From the NCBI GenBank assembly GCA_013288215.1, contig JABDCI010000003.1:4713-68712 (forward strand): a stretch of DNA of 64,000 bases. Direction: 5' to 3'. The stretch comes from Verrucomicrobiota bacterium. GTDB lineage: Bacteria; Verrucomicrobiota; Verrucomicrobiia; JABWAM01. A model generated the notes under the pieces. That model saw only the letters and a program-made list of their open reading frames with translations, was not told where the DNA came from and did no database searches. The position numbers were made by a program, and so were the translations under genes. Positions 47,349 to 57,442 of this stretch are shown here, piece after piece; positions within the stretch are counted from its first letter, which is position 1; each line of letters starts with the position of its first letter.

Positions 47349-48158
47349 ATGCATTTTCCCGATTGGTTTAGCGCAATCATTCTTGGCATTGTGGAAGGGC
47401 TCACCGAATTTCTTCCTGTTTCTTCCACCGGCCATCTTTTGGTGGTGGGGCAATGGCTAGGATACGAAGAAGAGGTCTTCATGATCTTCATTCAGCTGGG
47501 AGCGCTTTTGGCTGTCTGGTGGCTGTTCCGAGACCGATTGATAAAAATGATACCTTGGGGATCCCGAGCTTCACCCGAAGGCGTCCGTTTGGGCATCCAG
47601 GTTGGCGTCGCATTCCTACCGGCCGCCATCGTGGGTCTCTCACTGCATCACTGGATCACAAATCATCTTTTTTTCCCAAAACCTATCGCATACGCCTTCA
47701 TTGGCGGAGGCATTGTGATCCTGCTCATCGAAAATTTTAAACCGCGTGCCCGAGTGTCCAACATTTCTGAAGTCACTTTAGCGCTCGCACTCGCTGTCGG
47801 TTTTGGTCAATGCCTTGCGCTTTATCCAGGCGTCTCCCGTTCGGGAGCAACCATTATGACAGGCCTGCTGTTCGGCATGAGCCGTTCTGTCGCCACCGAG
47901 TTTACATTCCTTCTCGCCGTCCCAACCATGACTGCTGCCAGTTTCTACGAGCTTTTCAAATTCCGACATGATCTCACAGCGCATATGATCGGCACGCTCG
48001 GCATCGGGTTTGTGGTTTCTTTCATTTCTGCTTGGTTTGTCGTAAAATGGTTCATTGCCTTCGTCCAGAATCATACCTTTGAAGGTTTCGCATGGTACCG
48101 AATCCTGGGGGGAGCCATCCTGCTCGGAATGATTTCCAACGGTCTCTTGCACTCATGA
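47349..48158 (+). CDS. uppP: Undecaprenyl-diphosphatase
   Basis: GIVEGLTEFLPVSSTGHL and PGVSRSGATI motifs, with 8 TM segments. Confidence 0.9.
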   Translation: MHFPDWFSAIILGIVEGLTEFLPVSSTGHLLVVGQWLGYEEEVFMIFIQLGALLAVWWLFRDRLIKMIPWGSRASPEGVRLGIQVGVAFLPAAIVGLSLHHWITNHLFFPKPIAYAFIGGGIVILLIENFKPRARVSNISEVTLALALAVGFGQCLALYPGVSRSGATIMTGLLFGMSRSVATEFTFLLAVPTMTAASFYELFKFRHDLTAHMIGTLGIGFVVSFISAWFVVKWFIAFVQNHTFEGFAWYRILGGAILLGMISNGLLHS

Positions 48159-48454
48159 ACCCGCGTGACGTCCAACAAATCCAGAACGAAATCGCGATTG
48201 CATGGGACGACGGGGCAGAAAGCTACATTCCCCTCGACAAACTGAGGCGTGGCTGTCCCTGTGCAGCCTGTTCCGGCGAACAGGACATCATGGGAAATCA
48301 GTACAAAGCCAAAGACCTCGCGTACAAACCTGAAAGCTTCCGTCTCGTGCGTTTCGATAAGGTGGGCGGCTACGCCGTTCAATTCACTTGGGGAGACGGA
48401 CACAATTCTGGCATCTACGCTTATCCTTACCTCAAAAAACTTGGTGTTTCCTGA
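48155..48454 (+). CDS. DUF971-family protein (gamma-butyrobetaine hydroxylase N-terminal-like)
   Basis: 99 aa with IAWDDGAESYIPLDKLRRGCPCAAC and AVQFTWGDGHNSGIY, typical of DUF971. ATGA overlap with uppP. Confidence 0.75.
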   Translation: MNPRDVQQIQNEIAIAWDDGAESYIPLDKLRRGCPCAACSGEQDIMGNQYKAKDLAYKPESFRLVRFDKVGGYAVQFTWGDGHNSGIYAYPYLKKLGVS

Positions 48455-48456
48455 CG

Positions 48457-49542
48457 ATGTGGCCCCTCTTTCGCCGTCTCCTCTTCCAGCTGCCCCCTGA
48501 AACCGCCCACCATCTCGCGGTCGCCTGGCTTGAATGCATCCAAAAAAGTCCTTCACTGTGCGCCTGTCTGGAAAAGCGTTTCAACCTTTCCGACCCGATC
48601 CTTCATACGAAGGTCATGGGTTTGGAGTTTCCCAATCCTTTCGGCCTTGCCGCCGGCTTCGACAAGAACGCGCGGCTTCTTCCATCCTGGAAGGCCTTGG
48701 GATTTGGTTTCGCCGAAGTTGGAACCATCACGCTGCGTGAACAGCCTGGAAATCCCAAACCGCGACTCTTTCGGTTGCCCGCGGACGGAGCTCTCATCAA
48801 TCGGATGGGATTCAACAACGAAGGCGCTGAAGCCATCCGTGCCCGATTGCTGACACTCCTCAACCAAGGGCGTTGGCCAGCTTTTCCCGTTGGCATCAAC
48901 CTCGGCAAGAATAAGGCCACCCCGCTCCAGGATGCGGCGGGAGAGTATGCGGAATTGCTCGAACAGTTTCTCGATCTCGGAGATTATTTTGTCCTGAATG
49001 TCAGTTCGCCAAATACTCCCGGCTTGCGTGAGCTCCAAGAGAAAAGCCGTCTGGACGAAATCCTTGGGGCGCTCCAATCGCGCAACCAGGCACGTTACAA
49101 AAACGCGGTGCGTCCCCTGCTCGTAAAGGTGGCTCCTGACCTCGAATGGTCCGCACTCGACGACGTCTTGGATCTTTGCGAAAAACACAAACTCGGGGGG
49201 ATCGTTGCCACGAATACCACCCTGACTCGCGACGGCCTCGTCAGGCGCCTCGACGAAAAAGGCGGCCTTAGCGGCCGCCCGCTTCGAAAGAAATCCACGG
49301 ATTTTATCCGGTTTATCCGCGCGCGTCTGGGCCCAGGCTTCACGATCATCGGAGTGGGAGGCGTTTTTTCGGCAGAGGATGTCTATGAGAAAATCCGTGC
49401 AGGGGCTTCGCTCGTCCAGGTCTATACAGGTTTCGTTTATGAAGGACCTTTCATGATACGGATCATGCAGAAGACCCTGTCGCGCTTACTCCAGCGCGAT
49501 GGTTTTCAAAGCGTGAAGGAAGCCGTCGGCGTCGGCAGTTGA
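48457..49542 (+). CDS. pyrD: Dihydroorotate dehydrogenase (quinone), class 2
   Basis: N-terminal membrane-association helix (LFRRLLFQLPPETAHHLAV), plus GFDKNA, NVSSPNTPGLR and GVGGV motifs. Confidence 0.9.
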   Translation: MWPLFRRLLFQLPPETAHHLAVAWLECIQKSPSLCACLEKRFNLSDPILHTKVMGLEFPNPFGLAAGFDKNARLLPSWKALGFGFAEVGTITLREQPGNPKPRLFRLPADGALINRMGFNNEGAEAIRARLLTLLNQGRWPAFPVGINLGKNKATPLQDAAGEYAELLEQFLDLGDYFVLNVSSPNTPGLRELQEKSRLDEILGALQSRNQARYKNAVRPLLVKVAPDLEWSALDDVLDLCEKHKLGGIVATNTTLTRDGLVRRLDEKGGLSGRPLRKKSTDFIRFIRARLGPGFTIIGVGGVFSAEDVYEKIRAGASLVQVYTGFVYEGPFMIRIMQKTLSRLLQRDGFQSVKEAVGVGS

Positions 49543-49551
49543 TCCTCATTG

Positions 49552-49674
49552 CCGGGAGTGATAGGGTTGGTGGAAGGTCTACTCATGAAGAAAATCCCGC
49601 CAATCCACAGCGGCCGGATATGGCCCGAAGCCGCTCCCCATCAAGGAGCAACGTTTTATTTTACGTTCCATTGA
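49552..49674 (+). pseudogene. Relic of a histidine-kinase C-terminus (HATPase_c tail)
   Basis: In the pyrD frame directly after its TGA, translation reads ..PGVIGLVEGLLMKKIPPIHSGRIWPEAAPHQGATFYFTFH*. This resembles the G2-box-to-end consensus GLGL..[22 protein letters not shown]. No upstream kinase domains are present. Confidence 0.4.
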
Positions 49675-49860
49675 AGTTTTGTCTTCAGCAATGGACAAGA
49701 CGACTTTCACCTTTCCTCCCAAGCAAATCGTTTTGTCCGCAAATTCGTTGATTTCGATGCCTTCGTGAAAACCGTCCAGCAGCTTGGCTTTTATGAGTTC
49801 GCCGCCCCCCGCTTCTGCAGTGATCTTGCGTTTTCAAACGGCATCAGGCAGTAGTCATGG

Positions 49861-51543
49861 GTGCGACTCGATCCGCTCCAAAAATACACAGGGATTCTCG
49901 TGCCTCTTTTCGCCTTGCGATCAGATCGCGACCTCGGCATCGGCGACACGCAAGCTGCACGAGAAATGGTCGACTGGTGCGCCCGTCATAAAATCTCGCT
50001 TCTCCAACTCCTGCCCATCAATGAAACCGGCGATGATAACAGCCCGTATAACGCCATTAGTTCCATGGCGCTCGATCCAACCACGATCGCGGTCTCCCCG
50101 GACACGCTTCCAGAACTTTCGAAAAAAACTTTTCAAGAACTCGCCCCTGATTCCTTGCTGAAGGAGCTTCGTGCGGGATCCGTCCAATATCGCAAGGTGA
50201 AGCCGCTGAAGTTGCGATTGCTCCGCGAAGCTTTCAACGGTTTCAAAAAACAACTTGAGGACAAAACTTCGGAACGCGCCCGGCGGTTTCTGGAATTCCT
50301 CAAAAAAAACGATCATTGGGTTTCCGATTATGCGCTTTTCCGCACTCTGATGGAGCTTCATGATAACCTGCCTCTCTGGGAGCAGTGGCCGGAGACGTAT
50401 CGCGATCCCGACGGCGCACGCGCCTGGCTTCTCGAACGCCCCGAGGCCGAGCGCAGGCGGTTTTCCGAAACCATCCAGTTTTACAGCTATGTCCAGTGGG
50501 TGGCACGGGAGCAATGGCTCGAGTTAAAAGCATACGCTGGCGCGCAAGGCGTCGCGCTTATGGGGGATATTCCCTTTGGAATTGGACGTTACAGCGCCGA
50601 CGTTTGGGGCAACCGCTCTCTTTTCGACCTCTATTGGTCCTGCGGCGCTCCGCCCGAAACATTTTTTAAACCAGACCTCTTTACGGAACGCTGGGGTCAG
50701 AATTGGGGCATCCCTCTCTATCGATGGAATCGCATGCGCGAAGACAACCATCATTGGTGGCGAGCGCGAATCAAGGGCACGAGTGAAATTTTCCACGCCT
50801 TTCGAATCGACCACGTGCTTGGTTTCTACCGCGTTTACGCATTCCCATGGAAACCCGAGGATAATCACCTCTATCTCCATCTCACGCCCGAACAAGCCCG
50901 CGGGCGCTCCGGCGATCTCCCGCGCTTTTTCCCAAACGATGACAAGGATGGACATAGTCGATGGCTCAACCAGGAACACGGAGAAGCTCTCCTCAAAATG
51001 GTTCTCGACGCAGGAGGTCCCACTGTCGTCGTCGCAGAGGATCTTGGCATGGTCCCCGACTATGTTCGTCCCTCCCTGTTGCAGCTCGGTATTTCGGGAT
51101 TTAAAATCCCGATCTTTGAACGCGAAAAGGACGGCTCGTACAAAAAGGCTGAGGAATATCCGAGTCTATCGATTGCGACCCTCGCCACCCACGATCATGA
51201 ACCTGTCGCCGCTCTTTGGCAGCGTTGGACCCTTGAAAAAAGCGCGGAGGCCCAACACCTGCTTAACTGGATCGGTTGGAAAGGCGAGGCTCCTCAAATC
51301 TTCACATCCGAACTGCATGCCGCCATTTGCCGCAAGCTCCTTTCATGTCCTTCCTGGCTCGTCATTTTCATGATCACAGATCTCTTTGGGCAAATTCAGC
51401 GCTTCAATGTGCCCGGACCGATGAGCGACAGCAACTGGACAGAACGCCTCTCCTGCACCATCGCGCAATGGGATCAGAACCCCGAGATTGGATCCAAGGT
51501 GGAAACCGTCCAAAAACTGATCCTGGGGTCGGGAAGAAAATAG
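49861..51543 (+). CDS. malQ: 4-alpha-glucanotransferase (GH77 amylomaltase)
   Basis: 560 aa with a GTG start. Contains [35 protein letters not shown] and ATHDHEP catalytic-region motifs. Confidence 0.88.
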   Translation: MRLDPLQKYTGILVPLFALRSDRDLGIGDTQAAREMVDWCARHKISLLQLLPINETGDDNSPYNAISSMALDPTTIAVSPDTLPELSKKTFQELAPDSLLKELRAGSVQYRKVKPLKLRLLREAFNGFKKQLEDKTSERARRFLEFLKKNDHWVSDYALFRTLMELHDNLPLWEQWPETYRDPDGARAWLLERPEAERRRFSETIQFYSYVQWVAREQWLELKAYAGAQGVALMGDIPFGIGRYSADVWGNRSLFDLYWSCGAPPETFFKPDLFTERWGQNWGIPLYRWNRMREDNHHWWRARIKGTSEIFHAFRIDHVLGFYRVYAFPWKPEDNHLYLHLTPEQARGRSGDLPRFFPNDDKDGHSRWLNQEHGEALLKMVLDAGGPTVVVAEDLGMVPDYVRPSLLQLGISGFKIPIFEREKDGSYKKAEEYPSLSIATLATHDHEPVAALWQRWTLEKSAEAQHLLNWIGWKGEAPQIFTSELHAAICRKLLSCPSWLVIFMITDLFGQIQRFNVPGPMSDSNWTERLSCTIAQWDQNPEIGSKVETVQKLILGSGRK

Positions 51544-51628
51544 GCGGCCAAACCCGCCGTTTCCTGCGGCTGCGCCGAAAATTAAATCTTCTTTGCGCTT
51601 TGGCATCTTTGCGCGAGAATGTGATTCC

Positions 51629-52396
51629 ATGCTCGCTAAACGCATTATTCCCTGCCTCGACGTCGATCGCGGACGCGTCGTGAAAGGAACGAAGTTCCTT
51701 CAGCTGCGCGACGCGGGCGATCCTGTGGAATGCGCCGAAGCGTACGACCGCCAGGGCGCGGACGAACTCGTCTTCCTGGACATCACCGCATCTTCCGATA
51801 ATCGCGCCACGATGATTGATGTCGTCGAGCGCACCGCGGACCGCTGCTTCATGCCCCTCACCGTGGGCGGAGGCATTCGCGCCGTGGACGATGTGCGCCT
51901 CATGTTGCGCGCGGGAGCCGACAAGGTTTCACTGAACACAGCAGCTGTTGCGCGTCCTGAACTTATTCGCGAATCTTCAGAGAAATTTGGCAGCCAGTGC
52001 ATGGTCGTGGCCATCGACGCCAAGCGCGTCGCCGGACAGGATGGAACATGGGAGGTGTACACCCACGGCGGACGCAATGGCACCGGTCTTGACGTGATCG
52101 CATGGGCTCGAAAAGTGGCGGCGCTGGGCGCCGGCGAAATCCTCCTTACCAGCATGGACCGGGACGGGACGAAAGATGGCTATGATCTCGAACTCACGCG
52201 TTCCGTGAGTGATGCCTTGTCCATTCCGGTGATCGCCAGTGGCGGGGCCGGCACCCTGAAACATTTGCGCGATGTTTTGACGCGTGGCGGCGCGGACGCA
52301 GTGCTTGCCGCCTCCATTTTTCACTTCGGAGAATATAGGGTGGAAGATGTGAAACGCTATCTTCAGGAGCAGCAGATTCAGGTCCGAATCCTATAA
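51629..52396 (+). CDS. hisF: Imidazole glycerol phosphate synthase cyclase subunit
   Basis: [44 protein letters not shown] and ASGGAG motifs. Confidence 0.92.
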   Translation: MLAKRIIPCLDVDRGRVVKGTKFLQLRDAGDPVECAEAYDRQGADELVFLDITASSDNRATMIDVVERTADRCFMPLTVGGGIRAVDDVRLMLRAGADKVSLNTAAVARPELIRESSEKFGSQCMVVAIDAKRVAGQDGTWEVYTHGGRNGTGLDVIAWARKVAALGAGEILLTSMDRDGTKDGYDLELTRSVSDALSIPVIASGGAGTLKHLRDVLTRGGADAVLAASIFHFGEYRVEDVKRYLQEQQIQVRIL

Positions 52397-52490
52397 TCGC
52401 AAGTGGAATCGGGCGCGAACATCGGGACAGTCGATTTGGGATGGAATCGTCCTCTTCCTTCTGTTACTTTTTCCCCTTTTAGGAAATACG

Positions 52491-52883
52491 ATGAACGAAG
52501 CTTTTTTCGAAAAACTCCGCTTCAATGCGGATGGACTCATTCCCGCGATTATCCAGGAACAATCCACCGGAAAAGTGCTGATGATGGCATGGATGAACCG
52601 TGATTCCCTTCTCAAAACGCTGGAGACGAGGCGTACTTATTTCTGGAGTCGTTCGCGCCAGAAATTCTGGATGAAGGGTGAAACCAGCGGACATATCCAA
52701 CGGGTGGAACGTGTTTCGTTCGACTGCGATGGAGATTCCCTTCTCATTCAAGTGGAACAGATTGGCGCCGCCTGTCACGAAGGCTACAAAGCATGCTTCT
52801 TTCGCGACGTCGATTTCAGCGGCAACGTGACCACGAACTCAGCTCGCCTCGTCGCACCCGAAACGGTTTATAAGAAATCCTGA
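52491..52883 (+). CDS. hisI: Phosphoribosyl-AMP cyclohydrolase (monofunctional)
   Basis: 130 aa with [34 protein letters not shown] and DCDGDSLL motifs. There is no HisE domain. Confidence 0.9.
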   Translation: MNEAFFEKLRFNADGLIPAIIQEQSTGKVLMMAWMNRDSLLKTLETRRTYFWSRSRQKFWMKGETSGHIQRVERVSFDCDGDSLLIQVEQIGAACHEGYKACFFRDVDFSGNVTTNSARLVAPETVYKKS

Positions 52884-52945
52884 ATCCCGCCAGGATTCCT
52901 TCTTGGCGTCCCTTCGTCTTTACGAGAGACTTCACCTCCCCTGAT

Positions 52946-54433
52946 ATGATTTCTCCTTCCAAAAGTGAATTTCTGGAACTTGCGAAACGCGGGAACCTCG
53001 TTCCCATACGCATGGAAGTGCTTGCGGACACGGAAACTCCTCTCACGGCATATCAGAAACTCACGCTGCCGCAACAGCGCCATTCATTCATTCTGGAGAG
53101 CGTCGAAGGCGGCGAACATCTTGGCCGCTACTCCTTCATCGGCGTGCAACCCAAGGTCGTCCTGTCGGTTGTCGGCGATCGTCTCATCCGCGAAGAAGAC
53201 GGCACCAAGCGGGAGAGCCCTGCCCCAAAGGACCCTCTCAAGGCTATTGAGCAGGAACTCTCATCGTTTAAACCCGTCGTCGTTCCCGGCCTGCCCCGCT
53301 TTACCGGCGGCATGGTCGGTTATCTCGGATTCGAGTACGCCGCGCGCATCGAACCCATTCCCGTTCCTCCTGCCGACGACCTGAAACTTCCGCTGCTGCG
53401 CTTCATGATGATGGACAAACTGGTGATCTTTGACCGCGTGCGTCAGGTGATTCAAATCATTGCCAACGCCTTCATCTCCGGGAGCCCGGAATCCGCGTAT
53501 GACCATGCCGTCCAGCACATCGCCTCAATGGCTGAGGCTCTCTCGAAACCACTCGCCGCGCCCGCCATCCAATTTTCCGATCACGTTCCTCCTGTCAATT
53601 TCCAGTCGAATATGCCGAAGGACGAATTCCTGAACATGGTGAAGACAGGCAAGCAATACATCAAGCAAGGCGACGTTTTCCAATTTGTGCCATCACAACG
53701 ATTTTCGGCGAAGACGAAAGCGTCACCCATTGAAATTTTTCGGGCGCTTCGCACGGTCAATCCCTCCCCCTATATGTTTCTCATGGAATTTCCGGAATTC
53801 GCGCTGGTTGGATCCTCGCCGGAAATTCATGTTCGCTGTGAAAACGGCATTGCGGAAATCCGTCCCATCGCTGGAACGCGTCCGCGTGGCTCGACTGAGA
53901 GCGAAGACTGCCGGCTGGAAAAAGAGTTGCTTGCCGACGTAAAAGAGCGCGCAGAGCATCTCATGCTCGTGGACCTCGCCCGAAACGATCTCGGCCGCGT
54001 GTGCGATTTCAAGACAGTCAGTGTGCCGAAATTCATGACGATCGAACGCTATTCACACGTGATGCATATCGTCTCCCAGGTGATTGGCAAATTGCACCAG
54101 GGCCAATCGGCTTTTGATTTGATGCGCGCCACATTCCCAGCGGGCACGCTCAGCGGGGCGCCGAAGATTCGTGCCATGCAGATCATTTCGGAACTTGAAA
54201 AACGGTGTCGCGGCCCTTACGGCGGCGCTCTTGGCTACTTCAGCTTTTCGGGAAACACGGATACTTGCATCATCATCCGCACACTCATTGTGAAAGACGG
54301 CGCTGCTTACATCCAAGCTGGCGCAGGAATCGTGGACGACTCGATCCCAGAAAATGAATATGAAGAGACCGTCAGCAAAGCAATGGCATCTGTCCGCGCT
54401 GTTGCATTGGCCAACTCGTTCATGCGCGGTTGA
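52946..54433 (+). CDS. trpE: Anthranilate synthase component I
   Basis: 495 aa with LESVEGGE, PSPYMF, GSSPE, IAGTRPRG, DLARNDLGRV and GAPK motifs of chorismate-utilising enzymes of the TrpE type. Confidence 0.92.
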   Translation: MISPSKSEFLELAKRGNLVPIRMEVLADTETPLTAYQKLTLPQQRHSFILESVEGGEHLGRYSFIGVQPKVVLSVVGDRLIREEDGTKRESPAPKDPLKAIEQELSSFKPVVVPGLPRFTGGMVGYLGFEYAARIEPIPVPPADDLKLPLLRFMMMDKLVIFDRVRQVIQIIANAFISGSPESAYDHAVQHIASMAEALSKPLAAPAIQFSDHVPPVNFQSNMPKDEFLNMVKTGKQYIKQGDVFQFVPSQRFSAKTKASPIEIFRALRTVNPSPYMFLMEFPEFALVGSSPEIHVRCENGIAEIRPIAGTRPRGSTESEDCRLEKELLADVKERAEHLMLVDLARNDLGRVCDFKTVSVPKFMTIERYSHVMHIVSQVIGKLHQGQSAFDLMRATFPAGTLSGAPKIRAMQIISELEKRCRGPYGGALGYFSFSGNTDTCIIIRTLIVKDGAAYIQAGAGIVDDSIPENEYEETVSKAMASVRAVALANSFMRG

Positions 54434-54437
54434 AACG

Positions 54438-55640
54438 CTAGTGCGCGAGATGTTCCTTCATCCACATGTGCATGCTTCGCACAGGAATACGCGCTCCCTT
54501 CTGAATTTGAGTCTCACGCCAGCTCGGAAAGTTGAGAAGGGGGATCTGCCTCTCTTCCAGGACCACCCGAAGTTCAGGCGTCAGAGAATTGTCATCCGTC
54601 ACAACTCCAGCCCAATCCGCCGATTTCACGCTCTCTTCCCCAACAGGGGTAAGCGTATGCCCGAGCGTGACAAGCCCCATGCTCGCAATCGCAGCCTCCC
54701 GCTCATGGGAAAGAACCACGCCGGCAACCTTGGACTTGGGACAGCGCATCTCATTGCCTTCCTTGTCCGCCTGCAGCTCAAAGAGGCTTTCGACCTTCGC
54801 TACCTGATCCGGCAATTCTACGAGAAGCTGATTCAATTCGCTGAGGTGAAGATGATTACTCTCAATTAATTTGAGAAAATCCATCTCCACGCATGGTTCT
54901 CCGTCGTTGCCTATCTGGAGTATGCGCGCCAAATTGTCGGCCATGCGCACCAGAAATGCGCGTCGATCTTCTTCGGAAGGCGAGCCTTTCGACTGTTGAG
55001 GCAGGTGATGATTGGCCACAATGCGCGTGAGCAGGGGCGGAATATTCCAGTGGCGGCAGAGCTCACGCCCCACGCCCGCATGGTCAATCCCGAACATTTC
55101 CTTCTCCAACTCGAAAAGACACCGATCGGAGTGAGCGGATTTGCTAAGGACTTCGCAATATTCATCCTCAAAAAATCCGAGAAAAACGACCTTGCCAATG
55201 TCGTGCAGCAACCCGCCCACAAACGTTTCATCCGCTTCGCCGTAATGGAGCAGCTTCGTAAGCTCGTTTGAAATGGTCGCGACCGCCATGGAGTGACGCC
55301 AAAAATCCACGCGGTCCACGCCAAACACATCCTGTTTTGGTTTGCCGAATTTGAAGCCAATCGCGGCGATTCCAAGCGTTAGGTTGCGCAATCCGCGCAA
55401 CCCAAGGACCATCACGGCCTGTGATACAGTCGCGATGCGTTGGGAAAATCCGTAAAACGCTGAGTTTGCCACATGCAGGATCCGCGCCGTAAGCGCTTCG
55501 TCGAGGGAAATCACCTGAATGATTTCATGTTCGTCCGCCTCAACATCCTGCGTTAACTGGATGATTCTCTGTACGGCCGCTGGCAAAGGCGGAATTTCTT
55601 CCACCTTCTGCAATACGAGCGTCATCGAAATTCGACTCAC
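54438..55640 (-). CDS. HDOD-domain signalling protein with uncharacterised C-terminal half
   Basis: The N-terminal 250 aa or so have LPPLPAAVQRIIQLTQD...LTARILHVANSAFYGF...GGLLHDIGKVVF (HDOD/HD-like). The last 150 aa or so have no motif I recognise. Confidence 0.75.
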   Translation of the reverse strand: MSRISMTLVLQKVEEIPPLPAAVQRIIQLTQDVEADEHEIIQVISLDEALTARILHVANSAFYGFSQRIATVSQAVMVLGLRGLRNLTLGIAAIGFKFGKPKQDVFGVDRVDFWRHSMAVATISNELTKLLHYGEADETFVGGLLHDIGKVVFLGFFEDEYCEVLSKSAHSDRCLFELEKEMFGIDHAGVGRELCRHWNIPPLLTRIVANHHLPQQSKGSPSEEDRRAFLVRMADNLARILQIGNDGEPCVEMDFLKLIESNHLHLSELNQLLVELPDQVAKVESLFELQADKEGNEMRCPKSKVAGVVLSHEREAAIASMGLVTLGHTLTPVGEESVKSADWAGVVTDDNSLTPELRVVLEERQIPLLNFPSWRETQIQKGARIPVRSMHMWMKEHLAH

Positions 55641-55785
55641 AATTCGTCCTTAGCTAATCCCTCTCGGAATTAAGAATACCAGAAAACCATGGGAGAAAGC
55701 CAGTTGCAACCATCCATTCAATTCGATTGCCGACGATTCATTCTCGCGTTGCCTCTACCGGAAAATCAGGATTAGGTAAGGGTGG

Positions 55786-56226
55786 ATGAGTAAAGCCCAT
55801 TCCCACGATCACCAAGCACCCTACGATCAGGCGCTTTCAACGCTTCGCGCGGCCCGGCTAAAAATAACCCTCCCAAGGCAACAGATCCTCCGCATTCTCA
55901 CGACCGAGCATGGCCCTTTCACGATGGAAGAACTCCATCAGCGCGTGAAAAATGCTTGTGACCTCGTGACGGTTTATCGTTGTCTCGCAGTCCTTGAAGA
56001 TGTCGGTCTCGTGCGACGTTGCGATTTCGGGGATGGAAGCTGCCGCTACGAATTTCACCAAGGCAGCCACCACCATCATCTGATCTGCCGCAGATGCAGG
56101 AAGATTGAAACCCTCGATATTTGTTTGATCGAAGAACTGGAACGGGACGTACGTCAAAAAGGCTATGAGGATGTCTCACACGCCTTGGAGTTTTTTGGAA
56201 TCTGTCCTGCCTGCCAGAAAGGTTAG
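55786..56226 (+). CDS. Fur-family metalloregulator (Fur/Zur/PerR type not resolvable)
   Basis: 146 aa with a winged-helix N-terminal domain (RITLPRQQILRIL), a His-rich hinge HQGSHHHHLIC, and CxxC pairs (CRRC, CPAC). Confidence 0.8.
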   Translation: MSKAHSHDHQAPYDQALSTLRAARLKITLPRQQILRILTTEHGPFTMEELHQRVKNACDLVTVYRCLAVLEDVGLVRRCDFGDGSCRYEFHQGSHHHHLICRRCRKIETLDICLIEELERDVRQKGYEDVSHALEFFGICPACQKG

Positions 56227-57239
56227 TTTTTTTTTCGCAGGTTCGCGGCTACATCCTTTGCGAAATAAGTCAGGATCATGTCCGCCCCCGCCCTGCGAAT
56301 TGCCAGCAGCGATTCATCTCGCGCCCCCTCGAGTTCTAGCCAGCCTTTTTGCGCCGCGGCGTGAATCTGCGCGTATTCACCGGAAACCTGGTAGGCCGCG
56401 ATAGGCAATTGCGTTTGAGAACGAAGCTGATGGATCACATCAAGATACGGGCCTGCCGGTTTTACCATCAACACATCGGCACCCTCCTCCTCATCCAGCC
56501 GCGCTTCAAGCAAAGCTTCTCTCGTATTCGCCGAATTGAGCTGATACGTCCGCTTATCAAGCGCAGACGTGCCGGCAGATTTCGAGCTTCCCACGGCATC
56601 GCGAAAGGGAGCGTAATAAGACGAGGCAAATTTCGCCGAGTAGGCGAGAATGCCGGTCTCAATCCGGCCTGCTCTATCCAGGGCCTTGCGGATCGCTCCC
56701 ACGCGTCCATCCATCATATCCGAGGGCGCCACCCAATCCGCACCCGCACCGGCTTCCAAAACCGCAAGCTTCGCCAACACATTCACGGTCTCATCATTCG
56801 AAATGTCACCCTGAGGATCGACAAGGCCATCATGGCCATGCGAGGTGTAAGGATCCAGGGCCACATCCGCGATGATAAGCAAGGCCGGCACCTCTTTCTT
56901 CACTGCCGCAAGGGCCCTAAACAATAAATTATCCGGACTTAAGGCATACGATCCCCGCTCATCCTTGAATTTTGGGGAGATGCACGGAAAAATCGCAACC
57001 GCCGAAATGCCCAAATTGTGGATGTCACGGCATTCCCTCACAAGATCGGACACGGAAAACCGGAACACACCGGGCATTGATTTCACCGGCTCGGGCGCTC
57101 CGCGTCCTTCTCTGACAAAAAGCGGCTGAATCAGGTCATCGATCTCCACTCGAGTTTCCTGCGTGAGATGCCGAATGGCAGCCGAACGGCGGTTTCGGCG
57201 AGGACGCCTTGCCAAAGTCAGTGCATTCGATTTGACCAT
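56223..57239 (-). CDS. hemB: Porphobilinogen synthase (delta-aminolevulinate dehydratase)
   Basis: RPRRNRRSAAIRHL, LIQPLFV, DVALDPYTSHGHDG, the active-site Lys regions, and YQVSGEY. The ORF is open to 57398; the ATG at 57239 fits the family N-terminus. Confidence 0.92.
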   Translation of the reverse strand: MVKSNALTLARRPRRNRRSAAIRHLTQETRVEIDDLIQPLFVREGRGAPEPVKSMPGVFRFSVSDLVRECRDIHNLGISAVAIFPCISPKFKDERGSYALSPDNLLFRALAAVKKEVPALLIIADVALDPYTSHGHDGLVDPQGDISNDETVNVLAKLAVLEAGAGADWVAPSDMMDGRVGAIRKALDRAGRIETGILAYSAKFASSYYAPFRDAVGSSKSAGTSALDKRTYQLNSANTREALLEARLDEEEGADVLMVKPAGPYLDVIHQLRSQTQLPIAAYQVSGEYAQIHAAAQKGWLELEGARDESLLAIRRAGADMILTYFAKDVAANLRKKN

Positions 57240-57442
57240 ATCTGGCCACGTTAAAACAGCTCCCCGAGTGAAACAAGTTCGAAGAAATTTGTTTCTTGAT
57301 GACAAGGAGAGCCGGATCTTTGCCGAACAAATTCGAAATCTTTTCAAAATCTCCCGCCTCAGGCCACCTATCGAGGAGCGACATCCCCATCTGAACACCC
57401 GTCATTTCCGTCGTCCGGACATGCAACTCGGACTTTTCGAAT

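Noticed and set aside
49675-49860. The minus-strand translation ITAEAGGGELIKAKLLDGFHEGIEINEF faintly recalls the end of a response-regulator receiver domain.
   Set aside because: The register does not fit the receiver consensus, there is no start codon, and it is on the opposite strand to the kinase relic. I treat it as chance.
55641-55785. Possible Fur box in the HDOD/fur divergent spacer (..GACGATTCATTCTC..).
   Set aside because: It has only a weak resemblance to the 19-bp GATAATGATAATCATTATC consensus and no clear dyad.
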